DNA of 41,616 nucleotides from Candidatus Peribacteraceae bacterium (GTDB taxonomy: Bacteria > Patescibacteriota > Gracilibacteria > Peribacterales > Peribacteraceae): positions 1 to 41,616 of the forward strand of contig JBAYNS010000001.1 of the NCBI GenBank assembly GCA_041678625.1, in the 5' to 3' direction. Numbering within the stretch: position 1 is the stretch's first letter; each line of letters starts with the position of its first letter. The notes beneath the pieces are model-generated. The model saw only the letters and a program-made list of their open reading frames with translations. It was not told the origin of the DNA and ran no database searches. The position numbers were made by a program, and so were the translations under genes. Of this stretch, positions 33,898 through 41,540 are shown one piece after another.

Positions 33898-34629
33898 TCA
33901 CCGTATGTCCCGATATTGCCTGGTTACCGGACGACGCAGAATTACTTCTGAAACAAAGTTCACGGCATACAGAAAACTTGTACGCCAAAAGCCTTCATCC
34001 GATGTCATGCGGCGGCCCGAACTCTTGGTTATAAATTTCAGGTTAAATTGCACGCGGCCGATTTTGTGCAGGCGTCGTGCGATATTCGTATCTTCCCCGT
34101 AGAAAGAGATGGATGTATCAAAGCCGCCAATGCGGAGCAGAGCACTGCGTTTGGCGACGAAGTTCCCGCCAATGACCATGTAGCGCGTACAGCAGTACAT
34201 GGGAAAAGCAATGAACATCCAGAAGAGTTTTACGAGTATGTTTTGCCATCGTGCCAGATCAAAGCAGTAGTACGGTCCGCTCAGGCAGACAAGGTTAGAG
34301 TCTTTGGCGAAGTGTGCGTTGATCATCTCAAACCATCCTTCCGGAACGTGCGTATCCGCATCCACAAAGGCAAGCAGATCTCCTGTTGCACTCTCAAGTG
34401 CCTTCTGGCGCGCATACGTAACTCCTTTACGTGATTCATCCACCACGGTGACGCCGGGGAATTGTTCGGCGATACTGTGTGTTCGATCCGTGCTTGCATT
34501 ATTGATCACGAGCACTTCACACACATTCGGCGTCTTATACATCAGGCAGTGCTCCAAACATGCTGCGATGTAGTCTTCCTCGTTATGTGCCGGAATGGCA
34601 ACGGTAATGGTCATAACCGGGTGAGGCAT
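33898..34629 (-). CDS. glycosyltransferase family 2
   Basis: VAIPAHNEEDYI, VINNASTDRT and the FVDADT (DxD) motif, GT-A fold signatures. An alternative start lies at 34614. Confidence 0.85.
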   Translation of the reverse strand: MPHPVMTITVAIPAHNEEDYIAACLEHCLMYKTPNVCEVLVINNASTDRTHSIAEQFPGVTVVDESRKGVTYARQKALESATGDLLAFVDADTHVPEGWFEMINAHFAKDSNLVCLSGPYYCFDLARWQNILVKLFWMFIAFPMYCCTRYMVIGGNFVAKRSALLRIGGFDTSISFYGEDTNIARRLHKIGRVQFNLKFITKSSGRRMTSDEGFWRTSFLYAVNFVSEVILRRPVTRQYRDIR

Positions 34630-34683
34630 GCAAAATATTCGTGTCTAGAATAGACGCATTCGATCTGTGGCGACAGTGTTACA

Positions 34684-34719
34684 GTCAATGGAGCGGGATA
34701 GTGGAGTGTATTCGGAACT
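34684..34719. repeat. 36-nt direct repeat, copy A (contains TGGAGCGGGATA, identical to the 3' end of tRNA-Gly(CCC) on this strand)
   Basis: GTCAATGGAGCGGGATAGTGGAGTGTATTCGGAACT matches 35546-35581 at 35/36 positions. Confidence 0.85.
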
Positions 34720-34757
34720 AGTTCGAACCTATAGTTAGCAGTAATTCAATGAAATAA

Positions 34758-35513
34758 TCATGCACCAGCTTCTTTCTTGTTACCCTCTCTCAAAGTCCGA
34801 AGATCAGTCATAAATGCCTCTGGAGAATATTCGGGACTTGGCAAAGGAGAAGATATGTATGCTGTTTTATACTCTTCGTATCCTATGAGATAGTTGCCTC
34901 TTCGCAATGCTTTCCCCGTAGGGATGCCCGTTCGAATTATGCCATCTAAAGATGGACAGGGTTGCTGAAGAATCTGAGGTAAATAGAGATGATCCCGAAA
35001 TGTTCCATTTTTGTTCACAGACCAATTTCGTATTGCATTTGCCAACTCTTCGTCTCCGTTGTAATTCAAGCAAAAAGCTATAACTAGTCCTGTTCTTGTT
35101 TTGGTGGATGCAACGACATCATTAAGAGCATTCGCCGTTTCTTTCGTGTAATCTGGTAATCCACCCAATGGTTTTCCCAAATGAATCAGCCTTACATTTT
35201 TGTTCTCTGCTTTATTGATCCAATTTTCTAAGAGATTTCTGAAGAATGTATGAAAAACATCAAACAATACGCGTAAATTCATCTCTGTTCGTTGGGACAT
35301 ATTTTTGTCTGACAAACCCCAAAATGCCAAAATACCTCGCATTTCTCCAATTGCAGTATTCATCAATTGTTCGACAGAATTTGCCCCCATTGAATACCCA
35401 TCACGTAATTGATCAACAGTAAGATCTGCCTTGCTAGCAACACCATATTTTTCCTTTGCCCATGTGCGATCACCGTCGCAAATAATGCCTATGAATTCAG
35501 ATTCATCATGCAC
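34758..35513 (-). CDS. divergent cis-prenyltransferase (UppS-like isoprenyl transferase) in an AT-richer cassette
   Basis: By eye, collinear with E. coli UppS: IGIICDGDRTWAKEKYG (compare IIMDGNGRWAKK), FWGLSDKNMSQR (compare FSSENWNR), NVRLIHLG, LNYNGDEEL (compare NYGGRWDI) and IIRTG...LRRGNYLIGYEE (compare [21 protein letters not shown]). GTG start. A hand count of 34801-34860 gives 24/60 G+C. Confidence 0.65.
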   Translation of the reverse strand: MHDESEFIGIICDGDRTWAKEKYGVASKADLTVDQLRDGYSMGANSVEQLMNTAIGEMRGILAFWGLSDKNMSQRTEMNLRVLFDVFHTFFRNLLENWINKAENKNVRLIHLGKPLGGLPDYTKETANALNDVVASTKTRTGLVIAFCLNYNGDEELANAIRNWSVNKNGTFRDHLYLPQILQQPCPSLDGIIRTGIPTGKALRRGNYLIGYEEYKTAYISSPLPSPEYSPEAFMTDLRTLREGNKKEAGA

Positions 35514-35545
35514 AGTAAATAAATATGATATTCATATGGATTTCT

Positions 35546-35581
35546 GTCAATAGAGCGGGATAGTGGAGTGTATTCGGAACT
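35546..35581. repeat. 36-nt direct repeat, copy B
   Basis: GTCAATAGAGCGGGATAGTGGAGTGTATTCGGAACT, with 1 mismatch to copy A. Confidence 0.85.
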
Positions 35582-35593
35582 GAGATGGAGTAT

Positions 35594-35837
35594 TACTGCG
35601 GAGCAATATGACGAAAACGAATGGAAGTCCCCGACCCGGACTTCAAGTACTTCTCAAATTGATTGCCTTCGTTTTATTGCGGAATCCACAAAACCATTCT
35701 ATATCCCATGGACGAAGATTCTTGGTCGCAATCACTGATCCTTCGTTATGCTCTTTGAGCCGCACGGATATATCAGAAGCATGGCCAACATATTGTTTAC
35801 CTTTCTGGTTGCGTAAGATGTATACGTAATGCCACAT
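35594..35837 (-). pseudogene. stand-alone GIY-YIG nuclease gene, apparently frameshifted near the C-terminus
   Basis: The ORF at 35643..35837 reads MWHYVYILRNQKGKQYVGHASDISVRLKEHNEG...RPW...KAINLRST*. Shifting frame at the AATTT run (about 35655) gives ...FEKYLKSGSGTSIRFRHIAPQ*, which matches the usual C-terminal (E/R)KYLKSGSG motif of this family. The corrected stop is at 35594-35596. Confidence 0.6.
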
Positions 35838-35956
35838 AAGTGATTGATTCTATAGCAATGTTTATCGGCCTGCCAACCGAAGCGCAGCGAATCTGATCTT
35901 GAATAGCTATCCTGCGCACTTCGTGCTTCGGATGGCAACCTACGCTGCGCGTAGGT

Positions 35957-36030
35957 TGGAGCGGGATACGAGAATCGAACTCGCGTCTTAAGCTTGGGAA
36001 GCTTACATACTACCACTGTACTAATCCCGC
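35957..36030 (-). tRNA. tRNA-Gly(CCC), CCA encoded
   Basis: GCGGGAT/ATCCCGC acceptor, anticodon stem TAAGC/GCTTA, loop TTCCCAA, T-arm GCGAG-TTCGATT-CTCGT. Length 74 nt. Confidence 0.9.
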
Positions 36031-36136
36031 AGAAAAAAAGATCGATTGCCCGGCTTCGCTGCGCTACGCCGTGGCACCCTTGTTATCCAACACTGCGACA
36101 CCGCGGCGAAGTTCGCCGTAGGCGAACGGAGACGGG

Positions 36137-36213
36137 TGGAGCGGATGACGAGATTCGAACTCGCGACCTTCTCCATGGCAAGGAGACGCTCTAGCCAACT
36201 GAGCTACATCCGC
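36137..36213 (-). tRNA. tRNA-Gly(GCC), CCA encoded
   Basis: GCGGATG/CATCCGC acceptor, GCTC-AGTTGGCTA-GAGC D-arm, anticodon loop TTGCCAT, T-arm GCGAG-TTCGAAT-CTCGT. Length 77 nt. Confidence 0.9.
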
Positions 36214-36266
36214 ATTAGAGAGAAAAGAACGAAACTACTATTCTTTCATTCGCTCCTTCGGAGCGA

Positions 36267-36330
36267 CTAGCCAACCCTCCTTCGCCCCGCGAATGCGGGG
36301 CTTCGGCAGGGCAGGCAGGGCTACATCCGC
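36267..36330 (-). pseudogene. 5' fragment of tRNA-Gly(GCC) (positions 1-11 and 15-23) split by a 44-nt palindromic element in the D-loop
   Basis: The minus-strand reading is GCGGATGTAGC-[CCTGCCTGCCCTGCCGAAGCCCCGCATTCGCGGGGCGAAGGAGG]-GTTGGCTAG. The element at 36276-36319 is a family member in inverted orientation. Confidence 0.7.
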
Positions 36331-36549
36331 ATAATGAGAAAATGGACAATAGTGCACTCCTGTGTTCAAAAGGAGTATCCAGCCTGCTGTTTCCAGCATA
36401 GTAGGCTACATGCCATCTTCAATGACGTTAAAGAGCGCGTGAATGCTACGGAGAATCTGTGCCGGATGCAAGAATCTCAGCCCTCTTCCAGGGAGGAAAA
36501 TGGCTATTTTGGGCTCGAAATACACCCGATTTTGCAGTATAATAATGTG

Positions 36550-36981
36550 ATGGCTGTACAAAGATTCCTTGCGGCATTCATTCTGGCACTCCTAGTAGGA
36601 GTGGCAGTTCATATGCCTGTTCATGCAGCAGACGACCAAAATGCAGCTAGCAACAAACATGTTGTTCAGCAGGTTGTGAAAACTATCCCGCTCATTCAAC
36701 CTCTTAATGACACTACAACGCAGTTGCCGGTTGGAACGTCTCCGGCAGGAACCTTTATTGCGTATTTTAACATGGGATCTTCGTGGCTCATTAGTGTCGC
36801 CGTGGGTATTGCTACTCTCTGGGTTCTTGTCTGCGGGGGCGCCATTGTGGTGGTGGGGCATAACGACGGCCAGCGCAGTGAATGGATGGGCAATATGAAG
36901 CGGGCGATCGGAGGACTCATTGCTCTGGTTTTCGCCGGGTCCATTCTGCGGTTCCTCAATTCCGCATTCTTCACTTCATGA
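36550..36981 (+). CDS. T4SS pilin-like (TrbC/VirB2-like) protein 1
   Basis: ATG at 36550 and a signal peptide (AAFILALLVGVAVHMPVHAA). Two C-terminal TM helices flank GHNDGQRSEWMGNMKRAI. Confidence 0.55.
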   Translation: MAVQRFLAAFILALLVGVAVHMPVHAADDQNAASNKHVVQQVVKTIPLIQPLNDTTTQLPVGTSPAGTFIAYFNMGSSWLISVAVGIATLWVLVCGGAIVVVGHNDGQRSEWMGNMKRAIGGLIALVFAGSILRFLNSAFFTS

Positions 36982-37574
36982 TGCGCCGTATCATTACTAC
37001 TCTCACGGCTTTCTCTGCCTCCGTACTTTCTGTGCCTGCGGCTCTGGCGGCTAGGCCACAGGTGGATCCCTGTGCGTACATCGGAGGGTGCACCTACGAT
37101 GCTAACTGGGTCAGCCCGCTTATCGGCAAGCTTGCTGGTTTGGGTATGACTATTGCCGCAGGTACGGCTGTACTCTTTGTGGTTGTTGGCGGTGCGCAGA
37201 TGGTTATCAGCATGGGGGAGGAAGGCACAATCACCAAAGGAAAAATGTCCATGGTCTATGCGCTTATCGGTTTGGGGTTGGCGATGCTGTCTCAGACTAT
37301 TGTGGCATACGTCGCCACAGAATTTTCCGGTCTCTTTATGAGTACTGATCCCATTTTCACCTTCATACGATCCGCAATTACGGTGATTGTTGGTCTCTTC
37401 AATGTCGTCTTTGCGCTGATGGTCGTCTATGCGGGATATCGCATGACCTATGCGCGGGGAGAAGCGGAGAACTTCAATAAGGCAAAGAGTATCCTGATTT
37501 GGTCTGTTGTCGGTGCGATCGGTGTTAATGTTGCTGCTGCTCTGACCAAAGCTGTTATTAATCTGCCTCTATGA
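36978..37574 (+). CDS. T4SS pilin-like protein 2 (apparently duplicated pilin module)
   Basis: The ATG overlaps the previous stop (ATGA). There is a signal peptide (...SVPAALAA) and four TM helices with two loop motifs, ISMGEEGTITKGKMSM and YARGEAENFNKAKSIL. Confidence 0.55.
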   Translation: MMRRIITTLTAFSASVLSVPAALAARPQVDPCAYIGGCTYDANWVSPLIGKLAGLGMTIAAGTAVLFVVVGGAQMVISMGEEGTITKGKMSMVYALIGLGLAMLSQTIVAYVATEFSGLFMSTDPIFTFIRSAITVIVGLFNVVFALMVVYAGYRMTYARGEAENFNKAKSILIWSVVGAIGVNVAAALTKAVINLPL

Positions 37575-37909
37575 TACATACTCTTTTTGTCATCATCGGT
37601 TTGGGAGCGGACAGTGCGTATGCAGGAGCTTTCGATGAATACTGTTCCATTTTGCACAGTGGTTGCGGGAGTGGCAGCAGCTTTTTAGAAGAACTCTTCA
37701 GCCGGTTGGGGAACTTCTTTGCCCCTCTTGTTGCCGGTGCAGCGGTGGCCGTCATCATCTACGGTGCAATCAGACTTATTACATCTGCGGGGAACGATCA
37801 GGGCAAAGAGGAGGCAAAGAAGATTATTACCACGGCGCTTACAGGGCTTATTCTTGCTCTTGCTGCGGAAGCAATCATTATCTATATCAACAATTTCATT
37901 TGGAGTTAA
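37571..37909 (+). CDS. T4SS pilin-like protein 3
   Basis: ATGA overlap with the previous gene, a signal peptide (...ADSAYA), and two TM helices flanking ITSAGNDQGKEEAKKII. Confidence 0.6.
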   Translation: MIHTLFVIIGLGADSAYAGAFDEYCSILHSGCGSGSSFLEELFSRLGNFFAPLVAGAAVAVIIYGAIRLITSAGNDQGKEEAKKIITTALTGLILALAAEAIIIYINNFIWS

Positions 37910-37982
37910 CCTTGATCGGACTTCTCCTCTGTGTTCTCCTGCGCTAGGCTGGCAATGTTTTTACGGTGTCATCTTATTCTTT

Positions 37983-39578
37983 ATGAACAAACGTCAGTAC
38001 ATCACGACGGCGATTGACTACCCCAATGCAGCTCCGCATATGGGGCACGTATTGGAAAAGGTTCTGGCGGATGTCTGCGCCCGTTGGATGCGTCTTAGCA
38101 GGAATCCATCTGATTTTCCCAAGGCCAGGAATGCAGTACGTTTCCAGATCGGGACCGATGAACACGGTGTAAAGATTGCGCGCAAAGCTCAAGAAGAAGG
38201 CGTAACGCCGCAACAGCTTGTGGATCGCAATGTGCCGCTCTTCCAAGATCTCTACGGGCGACTCGGCATTTCCTACGACGCCTTTGTGCGCACCACGGAT
38301 CGCAAGAATCACTGGCCGACGGTGGAAGCACTCTGGCGGAAGCTCGCAGAAGCGGGCAAGCTCGAGAAACGCAGCTACACTGGCCTCTACTGCAGCGGAT
38401 GCGAGCGATTCCTGACGAAGAAGGATCTGGAAGGCGGGCAGTGCGCCATCCACAAGGTTGCGCCTGAGGAAGTGACCGAAGAGAACTGGTTCTTCTCCCT
38501 GAGCAAAGATGCAGCGTGGCTCAAAAAACTCCTCACGCAAAAGGGGAAAGGAAAGTACGCCATGGTCCCGGATTTCCGCGCACCCGAAACACTCATGCTC
38601 ATTGAGCAGGGATTGGAAGATGTCTCATTTTCCCGTCCAAGAACGTCGCTGGATTGGGGTATTCCGGTTCCAGATGACCCCGATCACGTGATGTATGTGT
38701 GGTGTGATGCGCTTACCAATTACATTTCTGGCCTCGATTATTTCGGTCTCAGTGGAGCGAGCGAGGTGGCTCGCCATGAGCGAGCAGGCGACGTTAGTCG
38801 CCTGGGAGTCGAATGGTGGGATGATGCAGAAGTTACGCATGTCATTGGCAAGGACATCGCGCGTTTCCACGCACTCATCTGGCCGGCGATGCTCAAGGCT
38901 GCAGATGTGCGCACGCCCGATAGGCTCCTCATCCATGGGTTCCTGACAAACGAAGGAGAGAAAATGAGCAAGAGTTTGGGGAACGTGGTGAATCCCGAAG
39001 ATGTCCTCACGCGGTTTGGCGGTGACCCCGATCCGTTGCGTTTTTATTTAAGTCACGAGGTTCCCGTTGGGCGTGATGGCGACTTCTCTTGGGATCGTAT
39101 AGAGAAATTGTATGATTCTAAGCTCCGGAATGATTTGGGAAACCTGCTCAATCGTGTGCTTGTTCTTATGAATAAAGAAGGAGGAATACTGGTGAAAATC
39201 GAAAAGAATGAAGGACCGTGGTCAGGCTACGAGAAGTGTATGAACGCATTTGTGTACTCCAATGCATTGGAACATCTGACAGCGTTTGTGACGGAGGCGA
39301 ATCGTTACATTGATGAGACGCAGGTGTGGAAGCTGGAAGGGAAACGCAAACTTTTAGAGCTCTCTGAATTAGCTGAGCGCTTACGTCACATTGCTCTCAT
39401 GCTTCTCCCATTCATGCCTGGTACAGCGCAGAGGATCTCCAAGCAACTCAATGTTCCCTATGTAGACAGAATGCTTGATGTTGATTTTGTCATCACGGAC
39501 GAGATGAAGCAGTGGGGGAGCCAAAAGGAATGGAAGACCGTGGGCAAGCCGGAGATTCTGTTTAAGCCACTGGAGTAG
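37983..39578 (+). CDS. metG: methionyl-tRNA synthetase
   Basis: YITTAIDYPNAAPHMGHVLE (HIGH-type motif), a Cys knuckle CSGCERF...C, and KMSKSLGN. Internal ATG at 37983; the longer ORF (37719) overlaps the pilin gene. Confidence 0.92.
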   Translation: MNKRQYITTAIDYPNAAPHMGHVLEKVLADVCARWMRLSRNPSDFPKARNAVRFQIGTDEHGVKIARKAQEEGVTPQQLVDRNVPLFQDLYGRLGISYDAFVRTTDRKNHWPTVEALWRKLAEAGKLEKRSYTGLYCSGCERFLTKKDLEGGQCAIHKVAPEEVTEENWFFSLSKDAAWLKKLLTQKGKGKYAMVPDFRAPETLMLIEQGLEDVSFSRPRTSLDWGIPVPDDPDHVMYVWCDALTNYISGLDYFGLSGASEVARHERAGDVSRLGVEWWDDAEVTHVIGKDIARFHALIWPAMLKAADVRTPDRLLIHGFLTNEGEKMSKSLGNVVNPEDVLTRFGGDPDPLRFYLSHEVPVGRDGDFSWDRIEKLYDSKLRNDLGNLLNRVLVLMNKEGGILVKIEKNEGPWSGYEKCMNAFVYSNALEHLTAFVTEANRYIDETQVWKLEGKRKLLELSELAERLRHIALMLLPFMPGTAQRISKQLNVPYVDRMLDVDFVITDEMKQWGSQKEWKTVGKPEILFKPLE

Positions 39579-39724
39579 ATTTGGGGAGGAGAAAGATGAC
39601 GCGTTTTCTCGACAGTGCTTTAGTGCGTGCTACAATTCTTCTGCTCTCACAAGCGACACTGAAGTGCGAAAGTTATCTTAAGATGTGGCGAAGGGAGCAC
39701 GATTACTTTTTACCCCCAACAGGT

Positions 39725-40021
39725 ATGTTTGATCCTATGTCCGATCTTACGGGCGACTCCTCCATCGGAGACGATGCTCCTGCTCCTGCAGCTGCACCAC
39801 GTCCCGGCGGTGGCGATCGCCGGTTTGCCGATGAGTTGCACTCCATCACTATTCATGCGAAGCAGCGCACGTTCTATATTGATCTGAAGCAATCAGGCAA
39901 TGGGAAGTTCTTCAAAATCTCCGAGAAGTCCCGCGGTGGTCAAAAGACGACCATCATGTTCGATGCAGAAGATCTGGATCAGTTCATCAAGGCCTTTCAG
40001 GAGATGAAGAGTCATGTTTAG
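39725..40021 (+). CDS. PUR-alpha-like (DUF3276-type) nucleic-acid-binding protein
   Basis: ELHSITIHAKQRTFYIDLKQSGNGKFFKISEKSRGGQKTTIMFDAEDLDQFIKAF matches the bacterial PUR repeat pattern. ATG at 39725. Confidence 0.6.
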   Translation: MFDPMSDLTGDSSIGDDAPAPAAAPRPGGGDRRFADELHSITIHAKQRTFYIDLKQSGNGKFFKISEKSRGGQKTTIMFDAEDLDQFIKAFQEMKSHV

Positions 40022-40062
40022 TGTCTGGTTTTCGAATGTGTCATTCTTCTACTGCGTTCCGT

Positions 40063-40183
40063 AAAGGAAGCAAAGGAGGAAAAAAGAAGCAAAGGAAGCA
40101 AAAGAGTGCGGAGAGATAAAGAGGCATGATCTGATATCTCTCCTTTGCTTCTTTTGCTTCCTTTCATTCCCTTGCTTCTTTTT
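40063..40183. repeat. repeat-built imperfect palindrome (GAAGCAAAG units and their complement) between convergent genes; likely bidirectional terminator
   Basis: The left arm AAAGGAAGCAAAGGAGGAAAAAAGAAGCAAAGGAAGCAAAAGAG faces the right arm TTTGCTTCTTTTGCTTCCTTTCATTCCCTTGCTTCTTTTT. The inner stem pairs GGAGAGATA (40110-18) with TATCTCTCC (40135-43). Confidence 0.7.
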
Positions 40184-40190
40184 GATTTAG

Positions 40191-41450
40191 CTATAGTCCT
40201 TGCATCGGAATCACATATCCATTCACGTGCGGGTTCATGACCATCAGCAGGAAGACGAGCTTGGCGGCTTCTGCGCGCGTGATGGATTGACCGGGTCGGA
40301 ATGTTCCATCCGGATACCCTTCTACGATATCCAGCTCCACTGCTTGTTTGATGAACGGAAAGAACCAGTCGGCTTGCGAAATGTCAGAGAACCCCATGGT
40401 GATGTTGTACCCTTCTGGAGGAGTAACTTTCGATGCACCCAAAAGCATCTTAAGCGCTTCTGCGCGGTTTACCGGCTCATCGGGGCGGAACGTGTTGTCC
40501 TCATATCCCTCTATAATATTCAGGCGTAGTGCGGTGTAGATCACATGACGGCGCAGAGCGCGGTCTTCGGTCTCGTAGGGCCGGGGGGTAGAGGGCAGAT
40601 CTTCAAAACTTGCAGACAGACGTTCATCGTCGTTGGTGAGAGGAATACAACTTGCCAGCAGTGCCAATTTCAGGAGCTCAAAACGTGAGATCTGTTGGTC
40701 CGGCTTAAATGTGCGCTCTGCTCCTTCTCCGTATCCATCGGCGATGCGCGTGTATGAGGGCATGACTTTGGTTTTATGCAGTCGTACAACATAGTCATTT
40801 GCCCAGTGATCTTGCATATCCTCAAACGTTGCCAGAGGCTTATCGTACAGAAGACATGCATTTTCCTGCGGGTCCTCTCCCTGTTCCAATTCGATACCAT
40901 CGGTAATGCCATCCATGTCCGTATCCGCTGCGTTTGGATCGGTACCCTGAATGAATTCTTCCTGATTGGTAAGGCCGTCGCGATCATTATCCATCTGCGC
41001 ATCCGCGGGATCGTCTCCCGAAAGATTATTCATAATCTCATACTCGTCTGGAATGCCGTCAAAGTCTCCATCTGAACGGTAGTGTGCATCGAGCGGAAAC
41101 GGATCATCAAAATCATTGATGCCGTCACCGTCCGTATCAGGATTTGCCGGATCGGTACCCAGCTCCAGCTCTTCTCCGTTCACCAGACCATCGTTGTCCA
41201 GATCGTACGTAAAGTCATCCCTGCGATCGAGCGGATTCCGTCCGGCTGCCAACTCCGCCCCATCAGATTCTCCGCCACCGTCACTATCGGCATTGAAAGG
41301 ATCTGTCTCACCATCGTCAACGCGACCGTTGTTGTTAAGGTCTTCTTCGCTGTTCAGGAGTCCGTCTCCGTCTATGTCCAGTGGCAGAGTCGTGTCCTGC
41401 GCGTATGCCAGGGGCAGGAGTGTCAGAAAGAGGATCAGGAGCAAGCGCAT
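40191..41450 (-). CDS. secreted protein with thrombospondin type-3-like Ca-binding repeats and C-terminal SLH domains
   Basis: Signal peptide MRLLLILFLTLLPLAYA. Multiple DxDxDGxxNxxE/D repeats (DIDGDGLLNSEED, DLDNDGLVNGEE, DTDGDGINDFDD, DNDRDGLTNQEE, DTDMDGITDGIE). Three SLH-like segments (FEDMQDHWANDYV, IIEGYEDNTFRPDEPVNRAEA, IVEGYPDGTFRPGQSITRAEA). Confidence 0.8.
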   Translation of the reverse strand: MRLLLILFLTLLPLAYAQDTTLPLDIDGDGLLNSEEDLNNNGRVDDGETDPFNADSDGGGESDGAELAAGRNPLDRRDDFTYDLDNDGLVNGEELELGTDPANPDTDGDGINDFDDPFPLDAHYRSDGDFDGIPDEYEIMNNLSGDDPADAQMDNDRDGLTNQEEFIQGTDPNAADTDMDGITDGIELEQGEDPQENACLLYDKPLATFEDMQDHWANDYVVRLHKTKVMPSYTRIADGYGEGAERTFKPDQQISRFELLKLALLASCIPLTNDDERLSASFEDLPSTPRPYETEDRALRRHVIYTALRLNIIEGYEDNTFRPDEPVNRAEALKMLLGASKVTPPEGYNITMGFSDISQADWFFPFIKQAVELDIVEGYPDGTFRPGQSITRAEAAKLVFLLMVMNPHVNGYVIPMQGL

Positions 41451-41497
41451 GGTTCCCAGTATGCAGCGAAAGGAGTTATAGAGCTACTGGTTGTTCA

Positions 41498-41540
41498 CCC
41501 GCCTTCGCAGGATGCCTCCAGCGTAAGCTGGAGGATGAAT
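41498..41540 (+). repeat. GC-rich palindromic element (family member)
   Basis: CCCGCCTTCG-CAGGATG-CCTCCAGC-GTAA-GCTGGAGG-ATGAATGCG. A further related, inverted copy lies at about 41561-41600 (CTTCGTGCC...CTACG read on the minus strand). Confidence 0.5.

Noticed and set aside
33491-36270. ORFs spanning the tRNA and palindromic-element zones: 33491..33781 -, 33568..33951 +, 33729..34034 +, 35732..36016 -, 35994..36194 +, 36046..36270 +. Also 11037..11249 +.
   Set aside because: They translate tRNA genes and GC palindromes, giving Arg/Pro/Ala/Gly-rich peptides. They are artefacts of the six-frame track.
37719-37982. N-terminal extensions of tracked ORFs: metG from 37719, dus from 21108, ruvB from 25563, ORF 1550, rplA from 23684, rpsA from 15055.
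   Set aside because: The extensions overlap neighbouring well-supported genes or tRNA and repeat regions and lack family-typical sequence. Internal ATGs restore canonical N-termini.
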